Below the pieces are notes generated by a model. The model ran no database searches. It was not told where the DNA came from and worked only from the letters and a program-made list of their open reading frames with translations. The translations under genes and the position numbers were made by a program. Positions 29,309 to 37,616 of a stretch of 64,000 nt of DNA are shown in pieces (positions within the stretch are counted from its first letter, which is position 1; every line of letters starts with the position of its first letter). Source of the DNA: Polyangiaceae bacterium (GTDB taxonomy: Bacteria > Myxococcota_A > Polyangia > Polyangiales > Polyangiaceae); NCBI GenBank assembly GCA_033763455.1, contig JANRKO010000016.1:32001-96000 (forward strand). The letters are read 5' to 3'.

Positions 29309-30592
29309 ATGCGCCGAACCCCTCCGTGGCCTTTAGCACGTCGACTTAACGGTCGAGGGCAAGCAAAACGCCCCGTGTGGGCACCCTGGGGGCGCTTCGC
29401 GCACTGGTTAGCGGCGCTGCTGATTGGTCTAACATTAGCGTCGTCGGCCCGCGCCGAGGTCCCTATTGCAGCTGTTCCTTCAGCGCCCAGTGCGACAAGT
29501 CCTGAGCCTGCTGGGCGCCTAGAAGGACCCAGATCGGAGCATCCAGGGGACGCACCGCGCCTCAACACCCGGGTTGCGAAGTTTAGTGTCCCCAAAGGCT
29601 TCAGCACATTCGACGGCCGGTGGATCAAGTTCGCGTACCACCCTTCTCTGCAAGCGCGCGTTAATGAGCTCATTGCCCAAGCCAACGCCGTACGCGCGGA
29701 GCTCACCGAACGCCTCGGTGTGCCGGTGTTATCCCAAGTGCGGGTGCACGTGGCGCGCACACCTGGCGAAATGGAGCTGTTGGCACCCGAAGGTGCACCC
29801 TATCCGGAGTACGCTTCGGGCGTGGCTTATTCGGAGCTCGGGTTGGTGCTTCTCACGAACACTCCAGTTGAGCCCACCGAATACCACGATCTCGGCGAAG
29901 TCTTCCGGCATGAGTTGGCGCACGTTGCCCTATCGGACGCCGTGCAAGGCCGGGAGGTGCCTCGTTGGTTCAACGAGGGTTTCGCCGTCTTCAGCTCCGG
30001 GGAAAGCTCATTCGTGCGTCTGCACACCCTGTGGATGGCGAGCCTTTCGGGGCGCCTCATGCCGCTTTCCAAGCTAGTGCGTACGTTCCCGGCAGATGCC
30101 GCCACAGCTTCGGTGGCATACGCACAGGCCGCCGATTTTGTGCGCTTCATGGTGCGGCGTGAAGATCGCCATCGTTTCTCCGGCCTGGTGCGGCGCTTGA
30201 ATGAAGGCGTCAGCTTTGGGCAGGCGGTTAACGACTCATACGGCGCACCACTGGAAACCATCGAGCTTGAGTGGAACGAAGACGTCAGCAAGCGCTACAC
30301 ATTCTGGCCTGTATTGCTGGGCGGAAGCACGCTGTGGGTCGCTCTTCTCGGGTTGTTTTTCTGGGGGTATCGGCGCAAACGCAAAGAAAGCAAACTAACG
30401 CTTGCACGCTGGGCCAAAGAAGAAGCTTTGCACGACGAGCTAGAGCGCTTCAGAGCCGCTTCCCGAGTACACATCGTGCTCGACCCTCGCGCGGCCGCGG
30501 GAGCTCCCACTCGTCCCGACCAGTTCCCGCCCAAGAAAGAACACGAAGTGCCCAAAGTGGAGCACGACGGCGGCTGGCACACGCTTCACTGA
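29309..30592 (+). CDS. Peptidase MA-family metalloprotease, C-terminally membrane anchored
   Basis: HELAH-x12-WFNEG gluzincin pattern, AYAQA, TM plus basic tail. Confidence 0.85.
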   Translation: MRRTPPWPLARRLNGRGQAKRPVWAPWGRFAHWLAALLIGLTLASSARAEVPIAAVPSAPSATSPEPAGRLEGPRSEHPGDAPRLNTRVAKFSVPKGFSTFDGRWIKFAYHPSLQARVNELIAQANAVRAELTERLGVPVLSQVRVHVARTPGEMELLAPEGAPYPEYASGVAYSELGLVLLTNTPVEPTEYHDLGEVFRHELAHVALSDAVQGREVPRWFNEGFAVFSSGESSFVRLHTLWMASLSGRLMPLSKLVRTFPADAATASVAYAQAADFVRFMVRREDRHRFSGLVRRLNEGVSFGQAVNDSYGAPLETIELEWNEDVSKRYTFWPVLLGGSTLWVALLGLFFWGYRRKRKESKLTLARWAKEEALHDELERFRAASRVHIVLDPRAAAGAPTRPDQFPPKKEHEVPKVEHDGGWHTLH

Positions 30593-30767
30593 GGGGCCGC
30601 TCGCTCCCCCCTGTAACGTGGAGTCGCGCGGTGCTCGGCCACTTTGCCACCTGTGCCAGGTGTGCCAACGATGCGTCTGCACCTGCCGCAACCAAGCCTC
30701 CAGCAGACCCTAAGTCGTGCCGCACGAACAGAGAAAACCGGCTAATTTCGCTTCGGAACACGCCAGC

Positions 30768-30783
30768 TGGCACAGATTGTGCT
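30768..30783 (+). promoter_or_regulatory. Candidate sigma54 (-24/-12) promoter
   Basis: TGGCAC-AGATT-GTGCT with correct GG-N10-GC spacing. Confidence 0.55.
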
Positions 30784-30795
30784 CGCACTACGGGC

Positions 30796-31443
30796 ATGAC
30801 GCGCGTTCGTTCAATCGTTCTACTCACTTCCCCTGCACTGATGGCCCTCACCGGTTGCTCCGGTGGCATCACCGAGCCGATCGAGGGCAACGCGAGCGGT
30901 GGCACGGCGCCAATCAGCATGGTCAGCGTCTTCCCCACCGGTGGCACGGGAGGCGGAATAACCGGCCTCGACTATGAGTGCCTCGGTGGGATGATCTGCC
31001 GCGACGGCTCAATCTATGAACGACCATTCCTTAATTCGAAGGTACCCCTAGATTGCAACGCTCTGGCAAAACTCAAAGCGCAGTGCGACTTTGGGTGTGA
31101 TCCCAATACTGGCAATACCTGCGCGGCGTCTCCCATTGGCACCCAAACGGGCGGGGCAGCTGGGCTACTTTTTGAGTGCTTTGGCGGCTTCCAGTGTATC
31201 GACGGGCAGATCTACCAACGACCGCTTTCTGTGCGCGCAGGGCAGAGTTGCCAAGGTGTCGTGATCGAAAAGTGTGAGTTCGGCTGCCAGACCAACGGCG
31301 AATGGACGGGTCGTTTAACCGCGGGATGGGGCTGTGCGGGCGCGGGCGGGAGTGCAGGGGGTGCTGGAGGCGTCGCCGGTGCTGCAGGTGCTGCGGGCTT
31401 TGATGCCGGCCCCGCCGGTGGCGGTGCGGGTGGCGGTACGTGA
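30796..31443 (+). CDS. Cys-rich lipoprotein with a duplicated module and Gly-rich tail
   Basis: LTGC lipobox; ECxGGxxCxDGxIYxRP...CxFGC twice. Confidence 0.7.
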   Translation: MTRVRSIVLLTSPALMALTGCSGGITEPIEGNASGGTAPISMVSVFPTGGTGGGITGLDYECLGGMICRDGSIYERPFLNSKVPLDCNALAKLKAQCDFGCDPNTGNTCAASPIGTQTGGAAGLLFECFGGFQCIDGQIYQRPLSVRAGQSCQGVVIEKCEFGCQTNGEWTGRLTAGWGCAGAGGSAGGAGGVAGAAGAAGFDAGPAGGGAGGGT

Positions 31444-31473
31444 CGGTCTGCCAACAAGCCGCCGACAGACACC

Positions 31474-31773
31474 TCAGCCCTTCATGTGATCATTCTCAAG
31501 CCGGCGTGATTCGTCGATCAGCCGTTCGAATACTCCACGTACCGTCGCGTGATCGAGGGGCTCGGGTGCTAGAGAGCACAAGCGTTCCAACATTTCGCGC
31601 TCGCGCACCGGATCATACACGGGCAAGCCGCGCGCCCGCTTGTAGTCGCCGACGGCCAGCACGATGCGAACTCGCTCCGCCACCAGCGCCAGGATCTGCT
31701 GATCTACCGCATCGATGCGCTCTCGCAGCGAAGTAATGTCGCTTTCGGCCTTCACCGGGCGGATGGTAATCAC
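31474..31773 (-). CDS. Chorismate mutase (AroQ type)
   Basis: LRERIDAVDQQILALVAER, K...LPVYDPVRE, LIDESR. Confidence 0.88.
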   Translation of the reverse strand: MITIRPVKAESDITSLRERIDAVDQQILALVAERVRIVLAVGDYKRARGLPVYDPVREREMLERLCSLAPEPLDHATVRGVFERLIDESRRLENDHMKG

Positions 31774-31975
31774 GGCTGCGAAGGGACGTCACTAGGCCAC
31801 GAGCCGCTCCGCGCGAAACGGCAAGAAGGCCTAGATTACGTCGGTCTTCGCTCGCGACCTCATGAGGTCCCGCTACCCGCCAAATCCTGTAGGAGCGCTG
31901 ACCCCCCGTTGAGTCGGCAGCTATGACCCCCGAGGGGTTTGTGGCTTCGACTTTCTAGGCGTCGTTGAAACCCAT

Positions 31976-32413
31976 TTATAGGGCGCGATAGCGCGCCAAG
32001 GTTTCCTTGTTCTCGAAGTAGAGGATCTGCCCGTCCTCGCGCTTTGCTATCACAGCGGTGGCCTTGTCGACGTCCTTTCCACTGACAGGATCTTTTGCGA
32101 CGCGAGCCGTTGCGTCGCGGGCAAGCCGACCCTTGCACATTTCGCAGCAGCCGAAGTAAGTTTTTCCCTCCACGACGACTGGGATTTGTTTACGTCCCAT
32201 GAACGTATTGTTGACCATGCAGACCTGGCTCACATCCTCGACGTGTGTGAGCTGGCTTGCTTTAACCGCCGCGTTGCTTGTGGCCGGGCGCGTCGGCTCT
32301 GCCGGTGCGGGCTGGCTTAGTTCCGCCTTCACAACGGGCGGCGCCTTACCACTGGGTTCGCCAGGATTGCAGGCTGCTAGGGCTGTGATGGTAACCATCA
32401 AAATGATTCGCAT
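31976..32413 (-). CDS. YHS/TRASH-domain lipoprotein
   Basis: LAAC lipobox, CMV, GKTYFGCCEMC, DPVSG, LYFEN. Confidence 0.8.
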   Translation of the reverse strand: MRIILMVTITALAACNPGEPSGKAPPVVKAELSQPAPAEPTRPATSNAAVKASQLTHVEDVSQVCMVNNTFMGRKQIPVVVEGKTYFGCCEMCKGRLARDATARVAKDPVSGKDVDKATAVIAKREDGQILYFENKETLARYRAL

Positions 32414-32640
32414 GAGGAACCTCAGGGGATGTTATGGCAACACACGGGCGGAGTCCTAAGTGTAGGACACCTGCCATACTCGTCAACGCGGCCTTCGTTC
32501 GGGGGACGGAGGCTGTTCGTATTTTAGATTTCATGAGGCAAAAGGATTCCGAAGGGGTTTTGTCTACCAGAAAAGCGCCTTTGGGCCGTGCCATCCGGAC
32601 CAACGCGGGTTCCCACGGAGTGCACCTTGGGCCGGTGGGC

Positions 32641-32667
32641 TGTAATAGATCGCTTCGCTGAGCGTCT
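32641..32667 (+). promoter_or_regulatory. Candidate ECF-sigma promoter of copA
   Basis: TGTAAT-N16-CGTCT, fitting the general ECF -35/-10 layout, 19 nt before the ATG with a GAGG RBS. Confidence 0.55.
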
Positions 32668-32685
32668 GCGAACAGAGGAAACCCA

Positions 32686-35172
32686 ATGACCCCTACAAAT
32701 CCTGCTCAAAATCATCATGGCGCCCATGGGCACCAGCATCACGTAGCAACCGCTTTGGACGCTCAGGATCGAGTGACGGATCCCGTATGCGGGATGAAAG
32801 TAAATCCAGCGAGCGCGAAGGGAGGGCACTTCGAGCACGGCGGCATCACGTACTACTTCTGCAATCCGAAGTGCCGCGAACGGTTTTCAGCCCAGCCTAC
32901 TAATTACCTGGAGCCTGCCGAGGCACCGCCGGAGCCTCCCCCCGTACGTGGTGCATCCTACGTATGCCCCATGGATCCCGAGGTTCGTTCGGACGGGCCC
33001 GGCCCGTGCCCAAAGTGCGGAATGGCCCTGGAGCTGGAGCATCCACAGACGATGACGAGAACCGAATGGGTATGCCCGATGCATCCCGAGGTCGTCCGAT
33101 TGGAGCCTGGGAACTGCCCCATCTGCGGCATGGCGCTGGAACCCCGAACAGCGGTGCTCGAACAGGAGAATCCCGAGCTTTTGGACATGTCGCGCCGCTT
33201 CCGGTTCGCCGTTGCGCTCACGGTACCGCTGTTCGTTATTGCTATGGCTGACATGTTGCCAGGCCAACCGCTTTCGAGTGTGCTTACGCCGAGAGCCCGC
33301 GTGCTGATCGAGCTCGCGTTAGCGACCCCCATTTGCGTGTGGTCTGCCTGGCCCTTCTACGTGCGAGCCGTGAACTCGGTGCTCAATCGCAGCTTGAATA
33401 TGTTCACCCTGATCGGGTTGGGTGTGAGCGTCGCCTACGTTTATAGCGTGATCGCCGCATTGGTCCCCAGTATTTTTCCGGTCGGCTTCCGCGATCATCA
33501 CGGGGAGGTGGGCGTGTATTTTGAAGCCGCTGGCGTCATTGTGACGCTAATCCTCCTCGGACAGGTGCTGGAGCTCCGTGCGCGAAGCCAGACAGGTGCG
33601 GCAATTCGGAAGCTCCTTGGCCTATCACCCAAAACGGCACGCAAAGTTGCTGCGGACGGTACGGAACAAGACGTGCCGCTTGAGCAGATTGCGGTAGGCG
33701 ATTTGCTTCGGATCAGACCGGGCGAAAAGGTACCCGTCGATGGCGTCGTTTTGGAAGGAAGCAGCAGCGTGGATGAGTCGATGATCAGCGGCGAACCAAT
33801 TCCTGTTCAGAAAGTGGCTGGGGATAGGGTCGTGGGCGCTACCATCAACGGTAACGGTGCGCTGCTCATGCGAGCAGAAAAGGTGGGTGCCGAAACCTTG
33901 CTCGCGCGGATTGTGAGCATGGTTGCCGAAGCGCAGCGAAGCCGAGCGCCGATTCAACGGCTCGCTGACGTGGTTTCATCGTATTTCGTTCCCACTGTGA
34001 TAGCGATCGCGGTCGGCACCTTCGCTGTCTGGGCCGCATGGGGGCCAGAACCGCGTTTGGCGTATGCACTTGTCAACGCGGTGGCCGTCCTGAGCATCGC
34101 ATGCCCGTGCGCCCTAGGGCTCGCAACTCCCATGTCCATAATGGTCGCTACGGGCAAGGGGGCGACACTCGGAGTGCTGTTCAAGAATGCTGAGGCTATC
34201 GAGTTGCTTCGCAAGGTCGACACGCTCGTGGTCGACAAGACCGGTACGCTGACCGAAGGCAAGCCTGTGCTAGTGAGCGTAGAGCCCGCGACCGGCGTGG
34301 ATGCCAATCGCTTGTTGGCGTTTGCAGCGGCGCTTGAGCGTGGCAGCGAACACCCGCTGGCAGCCGCTGTCGTGCGCGGGGCGGAGGCACGGGGTGTACC
34401 GACACTTCGGACGGAGAACTTCGAGTCCATCACGGGAAAAGGTGTGCGCGGTCGTGTAGACAGCAGTGACGTTGCTCTCGGCAACCGGAAGTTGATGGAG
34501 GACCTTGGTGTAAGCATCGCATCGTTAGCTCCCCGCGCAGAGCAACTGCGCGCTGAAGCACAGGGCGTGATGTTCGTGTCCGTCGACGGACAGCTTGCCG
34601 GGATCCTAGGTGTCGCCGATCCCGTCAAGAGCACCACGGAAGAGGCCGTGCGGCAGCTACACGAGGAAGGTGTTCGGGTCGTCATGTTGACGGGAGACAG
34701 CCGGAAAACAGCTGAAGCCGTGGCTAGCAAGCTTTCTATCGATCAAGTTATTGCCGAAGTCCTGCCGGACCAAAAGGCCGAGGTCGTCCGCAAGCTGCAA
34801 CAAGAAGGCCGCGTCGTCGCGATGGCCGGTGACGGCATCAACGACGCCCCAGCTCTTGCCCAGGCCGAGGTCGGAATCGCGATGGGCACTGGAACGGACG
34901 TCGCCATGGAAAGCGCAGCGGTCACCTTGGTGCGGGGCGATTTGCGCGGCATCGTGCGTGCCCGCCGGCTGAGCCAGCGAACCATGGGCAACATTCGACA
35001 AAACCTCTTCTTTGCATTCGCCTACAACGCGGCTGGTATCCCTGTGGCGGCCGGTGTTCTCTACCCCGTGTTCGACATTCTACTCAGCCCGATGCTCGCG
35101 GCGGCTGCGATGAGCCTAAGCTCTGTCTCTGTGATCGCCAACGCGTTGCGTCTGCGGATGGCGAAGGTGTGA
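32686..35172 (+). CDS. copA: Cu(I)/Ag(I)-translocating P1B-type ATPase
   Basis: His-rich N-terminus, YHS (DPVCGM), CPM..CPxCGM x2, CPC, DKTGT, SEHP, GDGIND, YN and MxxSS. Confidence 0.95.
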   Translation: MTPTNPAQNHHGAHGHQHHVATALDAQDRVTDPVCGMKVNPASAKGGHFEHGGITYYFCNPKCRERFSAQPTNYLEPAEAPPEPPPVRGASYVCPMDPEVRSDGPGPCPKCGMALELEHPQTMTRTEWVCPMHPEVVRLEPGNCPICGMALEPRTAVLEQENPELLDMSRRFRFAVALTVPLFVIAMADMLPGQPLSSVLTPRARVLIELALATPICVWSAWPFYVRAVNSVLNRSLNMFTLIGLGVSVAYVYSVIAALVPSIFPVGFRDHHGEVGVYFEAAGVIVTLILLGQVLELRARSQTGAAIRKLLGLSPKTARKVAADGTEQDVPLEQIAVGDLLRIRPGEKVPVDGVVLEGSSSVDESMISGEPIPVQKVAGDRVVGATINGNGALLMRAEKVGAETLLARIVSMVAEAQRSRAPIQRLADVVSSYFVPTVIAIAVGTFAVWAAWGPEPRLAYALVNAVAVLSIACPCALGLATPMSIMVATGKGATLGVLFKNAEAIELLRKVDTLVVDKTGTLTEGKPVLVSVEPATGVDANRLLAFAAALERGSEHPLAAAVVRGAEARGVPTLRTENFESITGKGVRGRVDSSDVALGNRKLMEDLGVSIASLAPRAEQLRAEAQGVMFVSVDGQLAGILGVADPVKSTTEEAVRQLHEEGVRVVMLTGDSRKTAEAVASKLSIDQVIAEVLPDQKAEVVRKLQQEGRVVAMAGDGINDAPALAQAEVGIAMGTGTDVAMESAAVTLVRGDLRGIVRARRLSQRTMGNIRQNLFFAFAYNAAGIPVAAGVLYPVFDILLSPMLAAAAMSLSSVSVIANALRLRMAKV

Positions 35173-35198
35173 GGCAACCCTTGCTACTGAAAGAGACG

Positions 35199-35777
35199 AT
35201 GGACACGAGCGCCGAAGCACCCCTGAGCCCGGAGGTCGTGAGCACGCTTGTGGGCAGTCACCGCGACTTTCTCGCGTTCCTCCAGAAGCGCCTAGGCGAC
35301 CGCGCGCTCGCCGAAGACATCCTGCAGGAGGCGTTCGTTCGTGGCCTCCCCAAGCTCGGGACGCTCGAGAACGAAGAATCTGCGACCGCCTGGTTCTATC
35401 GCATCTTGCGCAACGCTGTGATCGACCATCACCGCCGTCGAACGTCCGTCAACAAGCAACTCGACGCGTTCGCTCGGGACCTCGAACAACACGTACAGCC
35501 CGAGGGCGAGGTGCGCGGCGCCGTGTGCCGATGCGTGGGCGCGCTTGCGGGCGCGCTTAAGCCGGAGTACGCAGAGGCGCTTCGCCGTGTCGAAGTCGAC
35601 GGCATCGCGGTGAAGGACTACGCCACTTGGGCCGGCATCACCAGCAATAACGCGGCGGTGCGGGTTTTTCGCGCGCGTGAAGCACTCCGCAAGCAGGTTA
35701 CCCGCTCATGTGGAACGTGCGCCGACCACGGTTGCCTTGACTGCACCTGCGACAAGTCAGCCGGGCACTGCCACTGA
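35199..35777 (+). CDS. CorE-like metal-responsive ECF sigma factor
   Basis: AEDILQEAF region 2, CRC between sigma2 and sigma4, C-terminal CGTCADHGCLDCTC..HCH; GTG 35169 is an alternative start. Confidence 0.85.
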   Translation: MDTSAEAPLSPEVVSTLVGSHRDFLAFLQKRLGDRALAEDILQEAFVRGLPKLGTLENEESATAWFYRILRNAVIDHHRRRTSVNKQLDAFARDLEQHVQPEGEVRGAVCRCVGALAGALKPEYAEALRRVEVDGIAVKDYATWAGITSNNAAVRVFRAREALRKQVTRSCGTCADHGCLDCTCDKSAGHCH

Positions 35778-35838
35778 TTCGCCAGCGGGTAAGCGGGCCA
35801 AAGCAGAACGCCCTGCACCCGAAAAGCATCGCGGAGGG

Positions 35839-37182
35839 TCAGTGCGGGTCTTGGCCACCATTGGGAGTGCTCGCGCCCCTGGTGATGGTACTCGTCAGCT
35901 CGCCGGGGTGGCGTCGACCCGCCAGTAGCTGCTCCACGTTGGTTCGTGCAATCCAGTACTCACGGTGCTGATCCACGTAGGCAGCGGCGGTTTGCACCTG
36001 GTCGCGCTTGGCCTGAAGAAGCTGGAAGAGCCCCACGAGCATACCGTTATATTCGAGCTGAGTCTGCTCCACGACCTTTTGCTTTAGCGGGAGTAGAACG
36101 GTCTTGTAATGGCGCACGGCCTCGCGCCTTGCGGTCAGGCGCGCCGCAGCGTTTCGCGCGCTGGCCCTCAGGTTAACCGCGACGTCAGTAAAGAGCGCTT
36201 GTTGCTGCCGCATCTCGGCTTTCGCGACGCCGACCTCGCCCTGGCCCTGATAGAAGAGTGGCACTTCGATCTCGATCGCTGGCCCCACGCCCCACTCTTC
36301 GTTCCGCTCTGCGGAAACTCCAGCTTTGAGCTCGGGCAGAAAACCGTGAGCTTGAGCGAGGTTCGCGCGCTTGGCTGCCGCCGCGAATCGATGCTTGGCA
36401 ATCGCGAGGTCCAGGCTGCGCTCGATCGCCGTGCTCTCCAGCTTTTTCACGTCGAACTCCGCCCCAGGGATATCGGGTAGGCGAGGCATTGCGCGCCATT
36501 CGGTCTCGCGCCCCCAGAGGCCCATCAGCGCGTTCAAGCGTTCTCGCGCCGCGGTAAGCCCCACTTCCGCATCCTGAAACTCGAAGCGAGCTTGCTCGAA
36601 CAAGCTGCGCTGGTTGGCCAGATCGAGCTCTGTGATGTTGCCCGCCTCGCGCAGCCGAATCGCGAGGTCAGCTGAAGCATTGAACGCTTCGAGCACGGTG
36701 CGGCGGAGCTCCAGGAGCTCGGCCGCGGCCTGATACACGTAAAACGCGCGGCGCGTATCGTAGGCGAGGTCGAGGATGCTGCCGATGGCGCTGAGCTTGG
36801 CGGCCTCCACCTCGATACCCGCAGCGCTGGAACGGGAGGCGAGGAGCAAGAGATCGGTGATGTCGATCATTGCTCCGACCTCTAGTTCGGGACGGCCTTC
36901 TCCTTCAAAACGCATGGCGCCCTCTACCGTCGGATTGGGCAGCCGGCGCGCTTGGGCCAATCGCCCTTCCGCAATACCAAGCTCTTCGATTTCGGCGCGA
37001 ACGCCGTGGTTGTTCAGCAGCGCAATGTCCGAGGCCGATTCGGCGGTGAGCGGGCGTGCGAGTAGCGTCTTCACGTCCTGGGCCTGCGGACCGCGCGTGT
37101 TGCCGCCGGGATAACGTGCCGCCGCTGCGCTTGTGAGAGCACGGCTATCGATTGCCGTCGGCGAGCAGGCCACCTGTGACAC
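35839..37182 (-). CDS. TolC/CusC-family outer-membrane efflux protein (copper-associated); 5' end irregular
   Basis: AQARRLPNP, AGNITELD, IEVPLF, EYNGML.G.FQLL. Confidence 0.82.
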   Translation of the reverse strand: MSQVACSPTAIDSRALTSAAAARYPGGNTRGPQAQDVKTLLARPLTAESASDIALLNNHGVRAEIEELGIAEGRLAQARRLPNPTVEGAMRFEGEGRPELEVGAMIDITDLLLLASRSSAAGIEVEAAKLSAIGSILDLAYDTRRAFYVYQAAAELLELRRTVLEAFNASADLAIRLREAGNITELDLANQRSLFEQARFEFQDAEVGLTAARERLNALMGLWGRETEWRAMPRLPDIPGAEFDVKKLESTAIERSLDLAIAKHRFAAAAKRANLAQAHGFLPELKAGVSAERNEEWGVGPAIEIEVPLFYQGQGEVGVAKAEMRQQQALFTDVAVNLRASARNAAARLTARREAVRHYKTVLLPLKQKVVEQTQLEYNGMLVGLFQLLQAKRDQVQTAAAYVDQHREYWIARTNVEQLLAGRRHPGELTSTITRGASTPNGGQDPH

Positions 37183-37616
37183 GGCGGCCGCGAGCAGCCG
37201 AAGCCGTTGAGTTCACCGATACCGTGGCGCCCGGCTTCGATCCCGCAACCGTGAGTCTCACGCCGCGGAGCTCATAGCGGAGATCTGAGGGCGCCGCCCA
37301 GATGGAACGTTTACCTCGGGTGTCGAGGTTTTCCATCAACTCTACGCAACAACAGGCTTCCGCTAGCTCGGCGAGATCTCGTGTTCGGCGCCTTTGGATG
37401 CGCTCTTTAACCTTGCTTAGCTCTGGTTCGCCAAGAATGGCTTGACGTTAACGGGGCGCTGCAAAAGTTGGCGGGGATGGCAAGGTGAAGATCCACTCAG
37501 GAATCCCCACTCTGACAGGCCAGCCAGCCGCCCATGAATTGAAGAATCTGACCCGGCCTCCGGGCCCCCTACTACCACCTTCACCGTTCCACTGATTTTC
37601 TCTCCTAGGGGAAGAT

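Noticed and set aside
30271..30795. N-terminal 175 aa of the 390-aa ORF
   Set aside because: Overlaps the peptidase gene out of frame; signal peptide and promoter point to ATG 30796
31976..37182. Copper cluster as a mobile element
   Set aside because: No transposase, integrase, tRNA target or terminal repeats seen
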